A stretch of DNA of 51,180 bases, counting the filler, from Basidioascus undulatus (lineage: Eukaryota): NCBI GenBank assembly GCA_000826855.1. It is 3 parts of 3 records of this genome, joined end to end, with 100 filler letters (N's around TTAATTAATTAA, not from the genome) between each part and the next. Parts side by side here need not be neighbours in the genome. Positions count along the whole stretch, not along the records: positions 17,106 to 34,099 come from JTLS01000554.1; positions 34,200 to 51,180 come from JTLS01000555.1; 1 more part is not named here. The stretch is one strand, 5' to 3'. Below the pieces are notes generated by a model that was given only the letters and a program-made list of their open reading frames with translations, searched no databases and was not told where the DNA came from. Position numbers and translations under genes: made by a program. Positions 22,310 through 34,360 of the stretch are shown here, in pieces. Within the stretch, counting starts at the first letter, position 1, and each line of letters starts with the position of its first letter.

Positions 22310-23884
22310 ATGAGCGTAGCCACTACGATGTTGTATCCTTTGCAGCAACCCGACATTTCCTCGGTGTGTTGTCCTCGCTGGTCCTGACACCCAGGCGCGA
22401 AACTTAGCGATACCATGAGGATACAAAGATTGAATACAACAAAGGAGGAATCCTCCACTCCTCCATTCTTGGCTGGCTTGACCGTTGCCGGCAACAGCTT
22501 CCGACGAGGAGCTGCGCCAGCATTTGGAACGCGACGGCGTGGTACACGTCAAAGGCGTTATCGACCCGGAGAAAGTGTGGGCATTCAGAGAGCGGTATGT
22601 TCTTAAGCTTTTGCCACCAAGAGATAGCCCTAACTTCAAAACAGCTACTTTCAAATACCACGCATCGACCGGAGTGCTCAAGCCTGGAACCGAGGCGAGA
22701 AAAGGGATCTTCTGCGGAGGTGATCCGCATCTCTTTGCTGGTCCAGGCGGTATGTCAAGAAATCTTTGAGAGTGCAGGATTGAATGCTGAAAGAGTAGGT
22801 GGCATGGGACTAGTGGCCTCTCATCTCGGCATCACGCCAGAGGCGTCTGAGTTTATGCGAAGAGCATACAGGCCCACAAGATATTCACTCCTTTCCTCTT
22901 ACGAAACTTCAGGTCCCTTTATCATAAGATGACTCCAGGGGCTATGGGTCTCCAATTTCTCGAATGATGGAGGTTGGCCGTCCTTCTATTGTCTAAAGCA
23001 GAACTTAGAACTGCGAGTCTGAACTCTCGCCTTCTTTTGCAGATCTCGCAGCGATGGTCCGCAGGCTGAAGCTTCAGTGAACACGTCCAATCCTTTTCCG
23101 CCGGAAGCTCTTGCGATCTAACATTCCCAACGTACGCTGCTAAGAGAAGCTGCTCATACTTTCTAAACTTGTCAGACAGTATGGAGTTTATCAGTCCGAG
23201 GGAACAGCGACGAAAGTGCACATGGACCAGGTATACCCTACGCTTGTCCTCCATCTACGCCAAATTATCTACTTGAAAGTAGCCATCTCGCCTTCAGACG
23301 TTCCTTCGGGCGGCTCCGGCCACGTCGCTGACTGCATGGGCCCGCAGGGAGGTGAAAGCCAGTTGAGCACTTGGGACAGGCTTGAAAACATCTGACATTA
23401 ACGTTTCTTCAGATATACCTCCCGAGCACGGAGGCCTCAGTTACCTCTCCAACAGCGTCCCACTCGGCGAGGAGATCGAGGCGGCATTTGCAGCTCGGAA
23501 TGCGACCCTTTCAGAATCCGAGCGCATCAGCGCCTTCAACGTGAATGTGAGTCCTGTCCCTTTCAAAATTTGCTTGCCAGTACTAGTTCAATACCCACAT
23601 AGTCCGTCTTACCTTCACCTTTCCAGATGACGGAACGCGGCACACTCTCCTCCGAAGCGGGCGAGTTCGCACATGGCATCGGCAAAGGCCGCAAGTGGCT
23701 CGTCGGACACTACGAGCCTGGGGACGTGGTGTTCCACCACCCATACATGATCGACGCCAGCGGTGTCAACCGCGACGCAGAGGGACGCACTCGACTCGCG
23801 ACGGATCTGAGGTTCGCGGACGCCAACCAACCGTACGATCATCGGTGGGCAGAGAACATCTTCGTACCGGGAGATGGCCTGTGA
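22310..23884 (+). pseudogene. Phytanoyl-CoA dioxygenase (PhyH)-like 2OG/Fe(II) enzyme, inactivated
   Basis: LGWL/PLPATASDEELRQHLERDGVVHVKGVI...LLRSNIP...TKVHMDQ/TFLRAAPATSLTAW...GGLSYL...KWLVGHYEPGDVVFHHPYMIDAS...RLATDLRFAD...YDHRW. Frameshifts near 22481 and 23341; in-frame TGA at 23078-23080. Confidence 0.8.
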
Positions 23885-24718
23885 TCGGCCTTGGATTGCT
23901 ACCGGGACCGTTTACATGTATACATTTCATGTTGTGAAAGCCTTATGCGAAACTTGTTGGTTGCGCATGCAGACTCGCACGCATTTGGAGACGGGTAACC
24001 ACAGCTGGGGGTGCCAGACTAAGGTATCTCACTGTTGTATACCTTGAATTAGGACAAAGAGTTCAACCTTCAAGGTACCTATTTGGCTTTCCAGTCGCCT
24101 GTTGGGATGCCTGCTCGCAAATCGAGTCAGATGGTTGTGCATTGGGCCTGTAGCAGCCTCTCAGAGCTCCTCCGGAAGCGTGAGCCCCTGCCACAACGGA
24201 GCCCTGTATTCCTTGACCCCTTCACGGACTTTGAAATCCCCCATGCCGTACATGAGAGTTCTGTCGCACTCATCCCTCAGCAAACGGTCCCCATCAAGTG
24301 CCTTGTAGTTCGCCCCCTCGTAATTTGGCGATGTGGTGAAGACAAGCCATCCCACGTGGAGTGTGCCTGCCGACGTCATGACAGCCAAGAGGCTGATTTC
24401 TGCTTCCGCATTTGCACTTTCTGCAACGAGCTCAAGACCGGCACAACAACGATCTACTACGTTCTCAATAATACAAAAGACGGGCCATGTAAACACGAAC
24501 AAAACCCATTAGACGCGAGTTGAGGACCTACTCGCTCCGTCGGTCTACTCCACAAGCTGCCGAGATCCGCCTCCTGAGGTCGCGTCGCGCCTTGCCTCCT
24601 GTTCGGCTCCATGATCGGGCTCTCACCTTGTCGTCACACTCTCATCTTCGAGCTGACCTATTCCCCACACTTACATTCACCAAGCCATCCTCGAGCCTTC
24701 TCTGACTTACCCTCGGTC

Positions 24719-27700
24719 ATGGCACTCCAGCCGTGGACCTTCGTTCTCCTCGTCGTCGTTCTCGTTGTCCTGTTCAGCTCGCCAGCAGCCGCTTTCGGGG
24801 CGTGAGTCTGGCGATCGACAAGCCTCCGTGGGATCTAAGTTCATCTTCATCCATTGCAGCGGCCTCATTACGGAAGGTGCTCATGTGCGGCTTTTATAAC
24901 GCGTAGTGAACGCGATCGCAGCTGATCACGGTCCACACAGCTCGACGGACGTGCTTTCCGTCATGGCGGTATGCAATTTTGGCACAGTTTCTCGGGTTTG
25001 ACGCTCAATGTCGTCGGCAACAGATATCGAGCAGGCCCTGAAAGGCCTGGTAAAGATCACCGCAGCGGGAAGCCTCGCTCGCAGATTATCACGTCGCTCT
25101 AGCAGCTCCAGCAGCTCCAGCAGCTCCAGCAGTGCGAGTAGCTCCAACAAATCCCAGCGGTCGTTCGAGGCAAAGAAGGAAGCCAAGTTCGACACGACGG
25201 ACATTGCTCGTGTTTACTTGTGCGTGCAGCATCTACATACTCCTGCGGAATGAAGGCGACGCGACGCTGACTTGCCGAGGCCCGACTGCAACTGAAGCGG
25301 GAATTGGTTGCGAGACATGAGCCAAGCTGTAGGCGTTCTTGGAAGGATTCTCAGTTGAAGTGTGTACTAATACGCATTGCAGGTCGACGTCGGCGCTGTC
25401 AAGTCCCTTGGGGCGGGACAGATCACGAACATAGTCGCCGTCCTTGGGTACGTTCATGAGCCCTACTCTCCTCAACAATGGTCAGAACCTGACCAGCGCC
25501 TATTTTTCGACAGCTTCTTGACCTTCGGACGAGGGTCCGTCTACCCACGTCCCCGTCATTTTCACTAGCGACTTACCTCTTGCTGTGTAGCACTGGCGAG
25601 TTCGAGGTCACGGAAGACAGACTCGGATGCTATTTGCGTGCGCTTAACTTTGCTTCAATAACTTACCATTGATGTACAGCTAACGGCATGAGCAGTGCAC
25701 GAGCACATCGACAATCCATACGGCTACCCCGACGGCGAGCCGGAAGGCGCGGATCCTCGCGAGCTCGCCGGGTACGGCAAGCTGCGGGGTCCGGTTAAGC
25801 CTGAAGAGCTCGAGATCGATGGGCGTACGGGGATGAAGAGTAGGCCCCATGCAGCGAGCGCAGAGTTGTCTGCGCGCTTGATACTGATCTGTTCCCGCCT
25901 ATAGACTACATCGCGAACGAGGACGGAGACTGGGAGACGTCGAGCAAATACGTCAAGGAGAGCCTGATCAAGTGCATCGAGCTTGGACGTACTGGGCTCG
26001 CGGGGAGGGAGGAGGACGAGTGGGAGGCGCTGCGGTTGCTAGGGCAGTCGCTGCATGTGCTGGTGAGTCCTTCGTGACCTTCTCACACTTCTCGTCACTG
26101 ATGACGACCTTGGCTTCCAGGAAGACGTGCGTTAAACGTTTTCCTGCTTACATCTGCGAAAGGCTCACAGTGTGTTTGATGCAGTTCCCAGCGCATAGCA
26201 ACTACACGGAGGTGCGCAGTGCGGTCATCTCTGGAATGGGACAATCGACGCTCATACCGCGTTGTCTTCTGCAGCTGGCCCTCCAAAAGCTGGGTTACAA
26301 GGAAGTCTTCTGCTTCGTAGGCGACAACGTTCGCGTGAAGGCGCCTGACGGCGAGATGGTTCCGCCGATCGTAACGTACGTTCAGCTCGTGTTGGCCATG
26401 TCGGGCTGCAAGCTGAACTTCTGCGAGCAGCGGTACTTTCGGCGGACCGGACTTCATACACAGCATGCTTGTATGTGTTTGTCGTCTCGTACAACGCTTT
26501 GAGGTGTCGCTGAGATAGGCGCTTCAGGGAGAAGCGCAGGACAAGATCGTAAGCCTTCAGCTGCCATGACCTTCTTCAGCATCGAAATGCATCGAAATGT
26601 GAGACCCAATTTCGCTTACGCCCTCGTTGCAGAGCCAAGGCACCGTCTCCGACCTCTCGAGCAAGCTCGACGAGAGCAAGGACTCCGACAGCTCCGCGCT
26701 GCGCGGCTTTTTTTCGAAGTTGATCCAAAAGGGCAAGAAAGACGACGACGGAAACGAGGACGACGATGAGGACGACGATCCGAACACTCTTATCGACCGT
26801 CTGGACGACATCCGCAAGAAGGCGCTCGACCTGGATCCGGAGGATGTGCACGACACGTACGTTCAAAGTCACGGAAATGCTGGAGAGACGAAATACTGAA
26901 GGAGCGCATGTGCAGTCTGACCACAATTTTCGGCCTGCATGACCGTCTGCGCGAGAAGATCGAGGGACCGGCGAAGCTCGATAGCGAGGCTAGTAAGGTG
27001 CGCTTCCCGCGACCGCTGTGTTGAGACGATTTTGGAACTCATTTCTGTGTTGGTGCTCGCCGCACTTTCAGCTCACGGTCTTCGTGTACGCGACGCTCGA
27101 GCCGCTGGTCGCGCCTCTGCTCAAGACTGTCAAGGAAAGCCTGTCGGACGGCTCGGCTGCGGTTGTTGATGGACACGATTTGCATGAGGAGGTGCGCTCA
27201 GTAAACAATATCTAAGTAGATGACATTTCTGGCTCACTCGCAGTGGCGTCTTGCAGTTCGACGACCCGGACTCCTCTAACCCGTCACATTCAGTTCTCGC
27301 GAAGGTCAGTATCTGAGAGAATAGCGTTCTCTTATTTCTCGTGCATAATATTGACTGTCTTCATTATCCAGGACCACTTCGTAAGCCGCAGCGTTTGTTC
27401 ATGCCGTTCAGTGGTAGAGTTTCTGACGACTGTGGCCGCAGAACAACCTCCTCAACGGCCCGAACGGCAAGGCAAGTGAAGCACAACCAAATCCCTCAGC
27501 TGGAAGTTTTCTCACATGCGCACCCTCGTCTATCTAGCTCGCACAAATGTCCGCCATCCCTTCATTCCCGGCCGTGCTGCTCGCTGATGACTTAAGTGCA
27601 CTGCAGTATCTTACGTCGGACAGTCCGACTCGTCGTCGAAGCGTGGAACGACGAGTCGGTCGACCCAAAGAAGGTTGCGGACGAGGCGATCCAGGCGCTC

Positions 27701-28249
27701 CATCACCCCTTCTTCGCGGACGACCAAATAGGCATCCACCACGAAATGCTCGCGTACGTGCAGTCGTGGGTGCAGCAGCAGGGTCCACAGAAGCAGGAGG
27801 TTCTTTCAAGGCGTCAGTACCCTCCTATTTGTTCACCTCGCCGCCCGCTAATGTTTATGGCGGACTGCGACGATTTTCAGTCACCCGCGATGGGATCATC
27901 AACCACCGCAACAACACCGACGGCCTCAGCGGGGGAACGGTGCGTCTTTTGGTACTTTCCACGTCAGTTCTCTCCCTCTGAAATGTCATTTGCTTCAACA
28001 GACCATCATCACCGAGACGAAGAAGCAGAAGAAGTTCCGCCTGGCGAGGAAAGGCTTGTGGGGCCTCCTCGCGCTCGGGTTCCGCAAGCTCTGCGCACCG
28101 TGTTGTGGTGCGAAGGGACACGGGGAGGTGAGATTGATGCTCTTTTTGGGCGTTATGTTTTGCGCTAACGTGGCCATGGTCGGTACGTGCAGGATACCAA
28201 GATTGGGAAGAACCTCAACCATAAGAAGGCGGCGGTTTCGACACCGTAG
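24719..28249 (+). CDS. HET-C domain protein with signal peptide (many small exons)
   Basis: MALQPWTFVLLVVVLVVLFSSPAAAFGAG...RAFRHGDIE...ARVYFGNWLRDMSQAVDVG...EFEVTEDRLGCY...EHIDNP...TGMKNYIANE...LRLLGQSLHVLEDFPAHSNYTELAL...PIVTGTFGG.DF.HS...NPSHSVLAKDHF: the HET-C signature blocks in the expected order. Confidence 0.92.
25100..25146 (+). repeat. Coding (AGCAGCTCC)n repeat giving a poly-Ser tract in HET-C
   Basis: TAGCAGCTCCAGCAGCTCCAGCAGCTCCAGCAGTGCGAGTAGCTCC, in frame. Confidence 0.85.
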
Positions 28250-28641
28250 CTTGTCTCTACCGACTATGTGTATTCTTGCTGTACTCGCTTATATTCTATT
28301 GCATTTGATGGCCAGTCGTCAGAGGAATGTGCGGATAGCGTGACGCAATGGAGAACTGCGTGAATAGCATGCAAGGCGTGGATGGCCAACTTCAGGCCTC
28401 AATGTGAGGGAAGCCGTCATCATGAACATCATCCGATCTACCAGAATATGCACTTCCACTTAATTTATCCCCGGAAAATAAACGGTAGGACTGAGTCGCG
28501 AGAGGATTTTCTTTGGCGTTCCTCCCGGCTTGCACTCCGGCGAAATGAGAGTTCGCCTAGAGCCGATATTGAAATTGTTACTTTGCTTCCTGGCCTTCCC
28601 CCTTCCCTCCTACCCTCACAATCTCACATACACACTTCGCC

Positions 28642-30467
28642 ATGTCGGCCTCCGCTTCTTCTTCTAAACGCAAGCGCTCAGAGACGGAATCGGAGGTTAC
28701 GATCCAGCTGGCCTCGGCCGCGTCTTCGAGCCAGGGCCCGGTGCTCGGTGCGTCTTTCCCGCTGCCGCACGTCCAGAATGCAGTCCAGAGCTTGCTCACG
28801 ACCGCGTTCGTTTTGGCAGCTTCCTTCTCTGCTACGCGGCCCGCCAGCGACATGCTCTTCCACACGTATGCGCCCGAACACCAGGCGGATGCTAAGGCGG
28901 AGCCGGACGCTCGGGCGAGCATTCTGGCGGGGGAGGACGAGCGGCTGGAGTTTACGAGCTCGAACCTAGGTGGGATTGCTGTAGGCAAGGGCTACTCTTG
29001 CAGGTGAGTCAAAGCTTGTGTTTACTATAAATGGGGATGCGAAGGAAGAGGAGCGAAGGAGGAAGGGAGCTGGTTGCGAGGCTCCTTCCCTGCTATCCCT
29101 CCAGATATCTCGTCGGTGTCCGCCGCAAAGGATCCTCCACCATCACGCTCGTCCCCGCTCCGCTGCACACGATGGCCCGCCGCGTCAAGAAGCTCAAGTC
29201 TTCAGAGCTGGGCCTGAACGTCTCGCCGGCCGAGCAGCGCATCATCGCGCGGAACGCGCTCGGCGAGGCGTTCGGCACGAAGAAGGCGAAGCGGCAGATC
29301 CGCGAGGCGGAGCGGAACAAGGTCGACGTGGGGGCGATGGAGGGCGTCAAGGACTTCTTGCAGGACAGCATCACGGGCAACACTGAGGCGCTGCCGACGA
29401 AGGGTACGGTTCTCCTCACCCGCAGGACATACTGCTTTCCGTTCCCGAATTCTGACGAGTTTTGAGCTGGTTCGGTCAGACACGATCAAAGCCGCGGCGG
29501 ACGCGGACCGCCCGATCCCGCCCCACGACGTGACCGCGACCGAGCCCGCGGACGCGTACAAGCTCTCGGACCTGATATCCGACGCCGAGATGGCAGCGCT
29601 CAACATCGGGCCCATGCTCGCCGCGGACGACGCGCGCTCCGCTCAGGCGCACCTCCCCTTCCGCCACTCGACCTGGCTCAACGACCGTGTCGGGGCGCTC
29701 AAGGCGCAGAAGAACAACAAGGCTAACCGCCAGAAGCTGTGCGTCGCATGTTTTGCCGGGATGGAAGGGAAGCGGATGCTTAAAAGGAGGGTGTGTGGGC
29801 CCGGTGGATGTGAACAGGAAGATTGTCCTCTACATCGCGTACCTCCGCGCGTTCCGCGTCAGCTCGCGCGGTAACCGCTCGCAGATCGCCGAGAAGTTGC
29901 ACGCGCCGACGCTCATCGTCGACAGCCTCGTCTCCAAGTTCACCGAGACTCCTCGAGGGGCGGTCAAGTGCGTGCTGATCTCCTTATTACCCTCGTCTGC
30001 CTCGAGCCCCCTCGCTGATGTTGACGCGACTGCACGCTCGTTCACTAGGCACCAGACGACCCCCTTCACTGAGGCCAAGCTCCTCTGCTGGATGTTCGCG
30101 CTCTGCCTGCACGTCGACGATTTCGTGGTGGACTCTACTGCGCTCGCGAAGGAGCTGCAGATGACGCCGGCCAAGTACGCCCCTCTGTCCTCGAACATCT
30201 CCCTTCTTCCGAATCTTTTCTGACCTGCGTCTCGTTCGCAGGATCAACGAGCTATTCAAAGCGCTCGGGTGCAAGATCGAAGTCCTTACCGTACGTTCCT
30301 TCCTGGCTCTTCTCGTGTTATTTCCCCTCACACCCATCGTTCAACGCTAGGCCGCCGACCGCGAGAAGGCCGGTCTCACGCCGGGCGAGGCGGCGAAACA
30401 GAAGCGCGCCATTCTGCGCGTGCCGCTCACGTTCCCGGAGGTGCGCCGCGGGAAGGCGAAGCGATAG
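28642..30467 (+). CDS. RPA49: RNA polymerase I subunit A49 (RPA49/PAF53 family)
   Basis: ...ARNALGEAFGTKKAKRQIREAERNKVD...RPIPPHDVTATEPADAYKLSDLI...KLLCWMFALCLHVDDFVVD...LFKALGCK...AILRVPLTFPEVRRG*. Confidence 0.9.
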
Positions 30468-30731
30468 ATGCGATGCGACGCTGGACGCTTGTGTTCATGC
30501 ATTCGATACCCTGTTCCTTAGGAAGTTTGTGCGGTGCGTGGGCAAGGGATGCGGGTGCTAGGCAGAACAAGCGGGCAGCCTTTGCTGGCGATCTTTGTCG
30601 ACCTAAAATTAACGCGGATGGTCGATAGCTCAGTGCTTCAAATAGCACAACGCTGTTTGGTTACCAAAGTTCGTCCACACAGCTAATGCGAGCAAAGAAA
30701 CGATCTGGAGGAACCCATCCATCAACGCCAC

Positions 30732-32070
30732 TCAACAGGTGAAACCTTTCCACCATTCCTCCTGGCTCACTCCACCCTCATCTGCACGCCCCTCCCATTC
30801 GTCGTTCATCCAGTTCTCCCTTACATGCACGACGTCGCTCTCCCCGTTCTTCCCATGACGTATAACGAACCCATGGATATCCTCGTTTCCCTCGCTATCG
30901 ATCACGACGAGTCTCCATCCGCACCTCGTGGACACGCAGCGACAACCTTGCGCGTTGCTCCCCATCGTCGCGTATGGCAGCGGCGGTACCACCGACCATC
31001 GTGATACTCAGTAAGCGGATCGTTGGCTTCCAGCTCGAAGTCGTGGGACAGACTGAGCTGCTCCAGATCAAGCAGGGTGGACAAAGGCCGAATACAGTCC
31101 TCCTGAGAATGACAAGACTAAATGAGAAGCGGACACACTGACGAGATCGTGCATGATGTACGCACCTTCCAGCCTAGCGAAAAGTCTCCAAAGTTGTTCC
31201 ACACGACGTCAAGATCGTTCAGTTTCGGGAAAATCTTGCAGATGGTTTCGAGCGCTTCGGTGTCCGATTCATACGTGCGGTACGTGAACGATCGCAGCGT
31301 CGTCCCCGCGCCCGCAAGCAACCGGAGATCGAAAGGGGTGAGCAAGCGAGTCTTCGAATCTTTGTCGTGTTGTATCTCGAGCCGCACCAGGATATGGAGC
31401 GATGGCTAAATGATGGCGTGTAGGTGCACCAGCGAGCTGCAGGCGCGGAATGGGGTCCTGCACCCACCAAAGAACTCGGAGCACCTCTAACCCGGCAGAG
31501 CCGGCGAAAGGGGGCCTGGCCCAAGACTTGGATCACGACCTACAGCAGCTCTTTGGGAGGGCGATCAGACGTCAAAAAGGGCGCAAAGACCCGTGAAAAG
31601 GAGTTGAGCCGCATTCGGGGAGAGAGAGGCTCTCGAGCTTTTTGAGCGAACCGAGTGTGCTGAAGAGCCGGCCGGAAAGGTCAGGGATTTTCGGATTATA
31701 GACTGTAGGACAACAGTCCCCGGCCACCCGCACGCGCCCATGGCAGTGTGGGACCTGCTGGTGGTCAGCTTCAGGCCTACACTGCAACAGCCCGTCGTCA
31801 CTTTCTGCGCACCGGATGACGGCCTTCAACTCGTCTGATGCGCTATCGATAACGTTGAAAGTCGTTTTTAATCCCTTCTTCCGGCACCAATCACCATCGT
31901 CCATTCGCCGCCAAAGATGTGCGGGAGCACGAGGGAGCGGCAAGCGCGCGAAGCAAGCGAAAAGGTGCGCAGGTTGGACTGCTTCAGAAAAGCGGATACG
32001 TGGATGTGGATGCTCTCGGGAGCGAGGTCGAGTAGTACAATATGCTTTATTGTGCCACGCTTAGTGGTGG
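30732..32070 (-). pseudogene. F-box plus LRR-like protein, frameshifted
   Basis: F-box-like LLDLAPESIHIHVSAFLKQSNLRTFSLASRACRSLVLPHIF, then LRR-like LGSLKKLESLSL, LRSFTY, FPKLNDLDV, LLDLEQLSLSHD. The frame switches near 31912 and 30930 without splice sites, and there is no clear ATG. Confidence 0.6.
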
Positions 32071-32789
32071 ATATGGGGGAGCTTTCGCAGAGTGTGTGAT
32101 GTGGGTGTGGCAGGACGTTGGGAAGGAAACCGAGAGGTACAGGCTCGCGGAAGCGATTCTGCCCGCGACACTCTCCCGCCTTGAAGTGTTTCGCTGGCCG
32201 CATGTTTGTCGTTTGTTTCGGCGACAGGGAGAAAAATGCCAGAGTCGTAAAAACCCAGGCTTGCTCTGCTACTGTAGGTTGCTGTCCCCTCGGCTGCAGC
32301 AGTCCATGACAATCTGGCGTTCCTCTCGTGATGTAGTCAATATCCAAAGTCAAAAAGGAGTTTAAGCACTGAGATAGAGCCTTGGATGCTCAATGACCGA
32401 GAAAGGTGATAGCCAGTTACTTTACCGTCACTGAATGCAAAAGCGCCGTGAGCCCCACCTGCGCACCGGCTTCCGAGTAATATGACGATTGAAGAGAATA
32501 AGCCTCCTAGGTGCAAGCGCTTCATATGGCCACAATGAAACAAATAAGGTGGGTTATATCTGTGTGCGATCCTCATGGCAAAGCTTGAGAACGGTGTACT
32601 TCCTGCGGAGGTTTAGGAGAACGACCCATTGCCAGGCCGGCAGCCTACAACTTAAGTCACAACAAACCCCGAGCAAGTCTGAGCTTTGAACTTTCGACTC
32701 CTAGGTCTGACGACCGCAGAAGAGGGACAAACAAGCACAACAAGAACAGTGCACAGTAAATGGCATTGGTTCCTCAGGCTCGCTTTCAC

Positions 32790-33050
32790 TTACTTCCCAC
32801 CAAGCACCCCTCCGAGAAGCCCACCGCCTCCTCCTCCCTGCCCCTTGCCCTGCTCCTGCTGCACGGTCACGCCAGACGTCGTCTGCCCGACCGTGTCTCC
32901 CACCGTGTTGCCCAAGTTGTTGACGGTCTGCGAACCGGCGCAACCCAAAGTCAGTACGAAGTCCGTTCGTGAGTCACGAGCTTTGCTATCATCATCACGT
33001 ACTCCACCGAGTCCCTCAGTTACGCCGCCGAGGAGGCCACCATCGCCGTT
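32790..33050 (-). CDS. Small Gly/Thr-rich hydrophilin/LEA-like protein, start uncertain
   Basis: GDGGLLGGVTEGLGG / (intron) / TVNNLGNTVGDTVGQTTSGVTVQQEQGKGQGGGGGGLLGGVLGGK*. TATAAA on the minus strand at 33147-33152. Confidence 0.5.
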   Translation of the reverse strand, partial: NGDGGLLGGVTEGLGGVRDDDSKARDSRTDFVLTLGCAGSQTVNNLGNTVGDTVGQTTSGVTVQQEQGKGQGGGGGGLLGGVLGGK

Positions 33051-33717
33051 GAGTGGTGTTGGAGAAGGGTAAGAGGTTTGTTCTGAGAGGTACAGGAACG
33101 ATGTGGATGAAGTATGAGAGCGAGGAGGAACGCAGACTGCCATACCTTTATACCTGCCGAAAGGCCTGCCGCGTGCTCCGAACGAGCATCGCAGCAACGG
33201 CAACTGCGTCACAACGAGTGGAGTCCTCGTTTGACTTCTGTGCCCTCTCTGGTGCACCCTTGAAGTGCAAAATGCTTACGGGGCCAAGGTCTCGTGCTGC
33301 TGCGGGAAGACGGGGCCGTGAGAAGACGCCCGCGAGGAGTGATACGCCGTGCAGTCTGCTCTGTCACGGTTCTGGGCGCTCGCCAGCGGACAGCAACCTG
33401 GACGCTTGAACTGACTGATCTGCGGCAAAGTACATGCAATGGAGAACGTGACATGGAGGGAAGAAAGTCATAGCTTTCGTGATGGCATCGCGCCGGTTGT
33501 AGAGTCGAAGCGCAGGTACTGAAGGTCTCGACGATACTTCTCCTGATGAATGCCCGGACGTTGATCGTTGGGAAGGCTACATTGAACGAGGTACAACTCT
33601 AAAAAGGACGCAGGCACCCAGCAAGACAGGCAGCAGGTGCAGCAAGGCATGTCCTCCGGCCTCAACAATCATTACTTTACATCGATCGATCAACCGCAAC
33701 CCTCTCCCCCCTCCTCA

Positions 33718-34002
33718 TCAACTCTGCATCGCCTCGTCCTCCGACCAACCTGCACCCACGCACCCACATCACAAAGCGTCAGCCAACCTGAACCACGCGA
33801 AGAAAGGTTAAAACGGAAGGACGGAAGACGAACCAGGGTTAGGCCGCAAAATAACAAAGTTCTCGAGAACGTGCGAGTACGAGAGCCACTGCTCGGACGC
33901 GAGCTCAGCGCGCTCGTTCGTCGACATGCGCACGGGCGTCTCGTGAGTCTGGAACCCGGAGATCGTGCGCGGCTTGCCCGCCTGCCCGACGACGTCGACG
34001 GC
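33718..34002 (-). CDS. RPN1: 26S proteasome regulatory subunit Rpn1, last two exons
   Basis: [66 protein letters not shown] is the conserved Rpn1/PSMD2 C-terminus. The rest is cut off by the contig end. Confidence 0.93.
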
Positions 34003-34099
34003 CTGATTCGCATCGTTCGTCCGGCATCAGTTCGGATGCTCGGTGGACACAGAGGAGGGAGGAAGGGAGGAAGGGAGGAAGGGAGGGAGGAAGGGAGGG

Positions 34100-34199
34100 N
34101 NNNNNNNNNNNNNNNNNNNNNNNNNNNNNNNNNNNNNNNNNNNTTAATTAATTAANNNNNNNNNNNNNNNNNNNNNNNNNNNNNNNNNNNNNNNNNNNN
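34100..34199. other. Artificial contig spacer (44 N + TTAATTAATTAA + 44 N)
   Basis: Same linker as at 17006-17105. Confidence 0.98.
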
Positions 34200-34358
34200 A
34201 CCAACGAGTTCCCGCTCTACCCGTAGGTGATCCCAGATCTGTAGAGCGACGACGCAATCGTTGACGTTGTACTCCAGCATATCCTCCATGTACCTCGGGT
34301 CCGACGCCTCAAGGGGCATGTGGGTCTTTGGGGCCACGTTACATACCTCCGCCACGGA
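34200..34358 (-). other. Fragment resembling the C-terminal end (ExoIII region) of a divergent family-B DNA polymerase 3'-5' exonuclease domain
   Basis: 53 uninterrupted codons SVAEVCNVAPKTHMPLEASDPRYMEDMLEYNVNDCVVALQIWDHLRVERELVG running off the contig. The spacing (SL.)SVA...K....(n)..EYNxxD...L.IW..L matches the PolB ExoIII Y-x3-D region. Confidence 0.5.
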
Positions 34359-34360
34359 AC

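Noticed and set aside
24083..24523. ORFs upstream of HET-C as a pin-c-like partner
   Set aside because: No HET-domain motifs; short unassignable frames.
17006..34199. TTAATTAATTAA palindromes inside N runs as biological sites, and any gene cluster spanning them
   Set aside because: Identical 100-nt linkers with stops in all six frames joining contigs of decreasing length (17005, 16994, 16981 nt): a concatenation artefact.
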